From: Alphaproteobacteria bacterium
Lineage (GTDB): Bacteria > Pseudomonadota > Alphaproteobacteria > Bin95
DNA: 64,000 nucleotides
Assembly (NCBI GenBank): GCA_965205265.1
Contig: CBDBGH010000003.1
Coordinates: forward strand, 512,001-576,000
Reading direction: 5' to 3'
Shown: in pieces, positions 63,752-64,000 of the stretch
Layout of the letters: every line of letters starts with the position of its first letter
Position numbering within the stretch: the stretch's first letter is position 1
Position numbers and translations under genes: made by a program
Notes under the pieces: generated by a model
What the model was told of the DNA's origin: nothing
Databases searched by the model: none
What the model saw: the letters and a program-made list of their open reading frames with translations, nothing else

Positions 63752-64000
63752 ATGACGGCGCGCATTCGCCGATTTCTCGATGAGTCCCGGCCGCCGACGC
63801 CGTGCCTCGTGATCGACCTCGACGTCGTGCGGGAGAGCTACCTCGCCTTCACGCGGCTGCTTCCGCAGGCGGCGGTCTATTACGCGGTCAAGGCCAACCC
63901 GGCGCCCGAGATCATCTCGCTGCTGGTGCGGCTCGGCTCGTCCTTCGATTGCGCCAGCATCTACGAGATCCGCGACTGCCTGGCGGCCGGCGCCCCGGTC
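63752..64000 (+). CDS. Type III PLP-dependent ornithine/lysine decarboxylase, 3'-truncated
   Basis: Not in the ORF track. MTARIRRFL...TPCLVIDLDVV...YYAVKANP...GSSFDCAS..E; GGAGG RBS. Confidence 0.92.
   Translation, partial: MTARIRRFLDESRPPTPCLVIDLDVVRESYLAFTRLLPQAAVYYAVKANPAPEIISLLVRLGSSFDCASIYEIRDCLAAGAPV

Overview
High-GC bacterial chromosomal segment, most likely alphaproteobacterial (apbC-hflK-hflC-DUF2065 block, alphaproteobacterial-type REP palindromes). It is densely packed with catabolic and redox genes: LLM oxidoreductases, two TauD dioxygenases, four SDRs, three class III CoA-transferases, kynureninase, an amidohydrolase, hydantoinase B, an MlrC-like peptidase and a thiolase/DUF35 pair. 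Three type II toxin-antitoxin cassettes are interspersed (ParDE, Phd/VapC, HicAB). Features the ORF track misses or mis-splits: (1) a UGSC-type selenoprotein read through an in-frame TGA at 22541, downstream of a 349-aa partner ending in CxxC; (2) two tandem, collinear, diverged ~660-aa paralogs with a C-terminal PcfJ-like domain and no phage/ICE context (35735-39754), the best candidate for an undescribed system; (3) an ISKra4-family IS (6315-8129) with a perfect 9-bp target duplication and a -1 frameshift signal, splitting an amidohydrolase; (4) a collapsed tryptophan 2,3-dioxygenase (kynA) remnant upstream of kynU; (5) a nested REP/MITE-like palindrome composite (8739-9297), part of which recurs at 46.2 kb; (6) a perfect 17-bp AT-rich double operator-like palindrome, a heptamer-repeat hairpin and a possible speF-type leader. 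No rRNA, tRNA or CRISPR array was seen. All family calls come from motif recognition by eye, not database searches.
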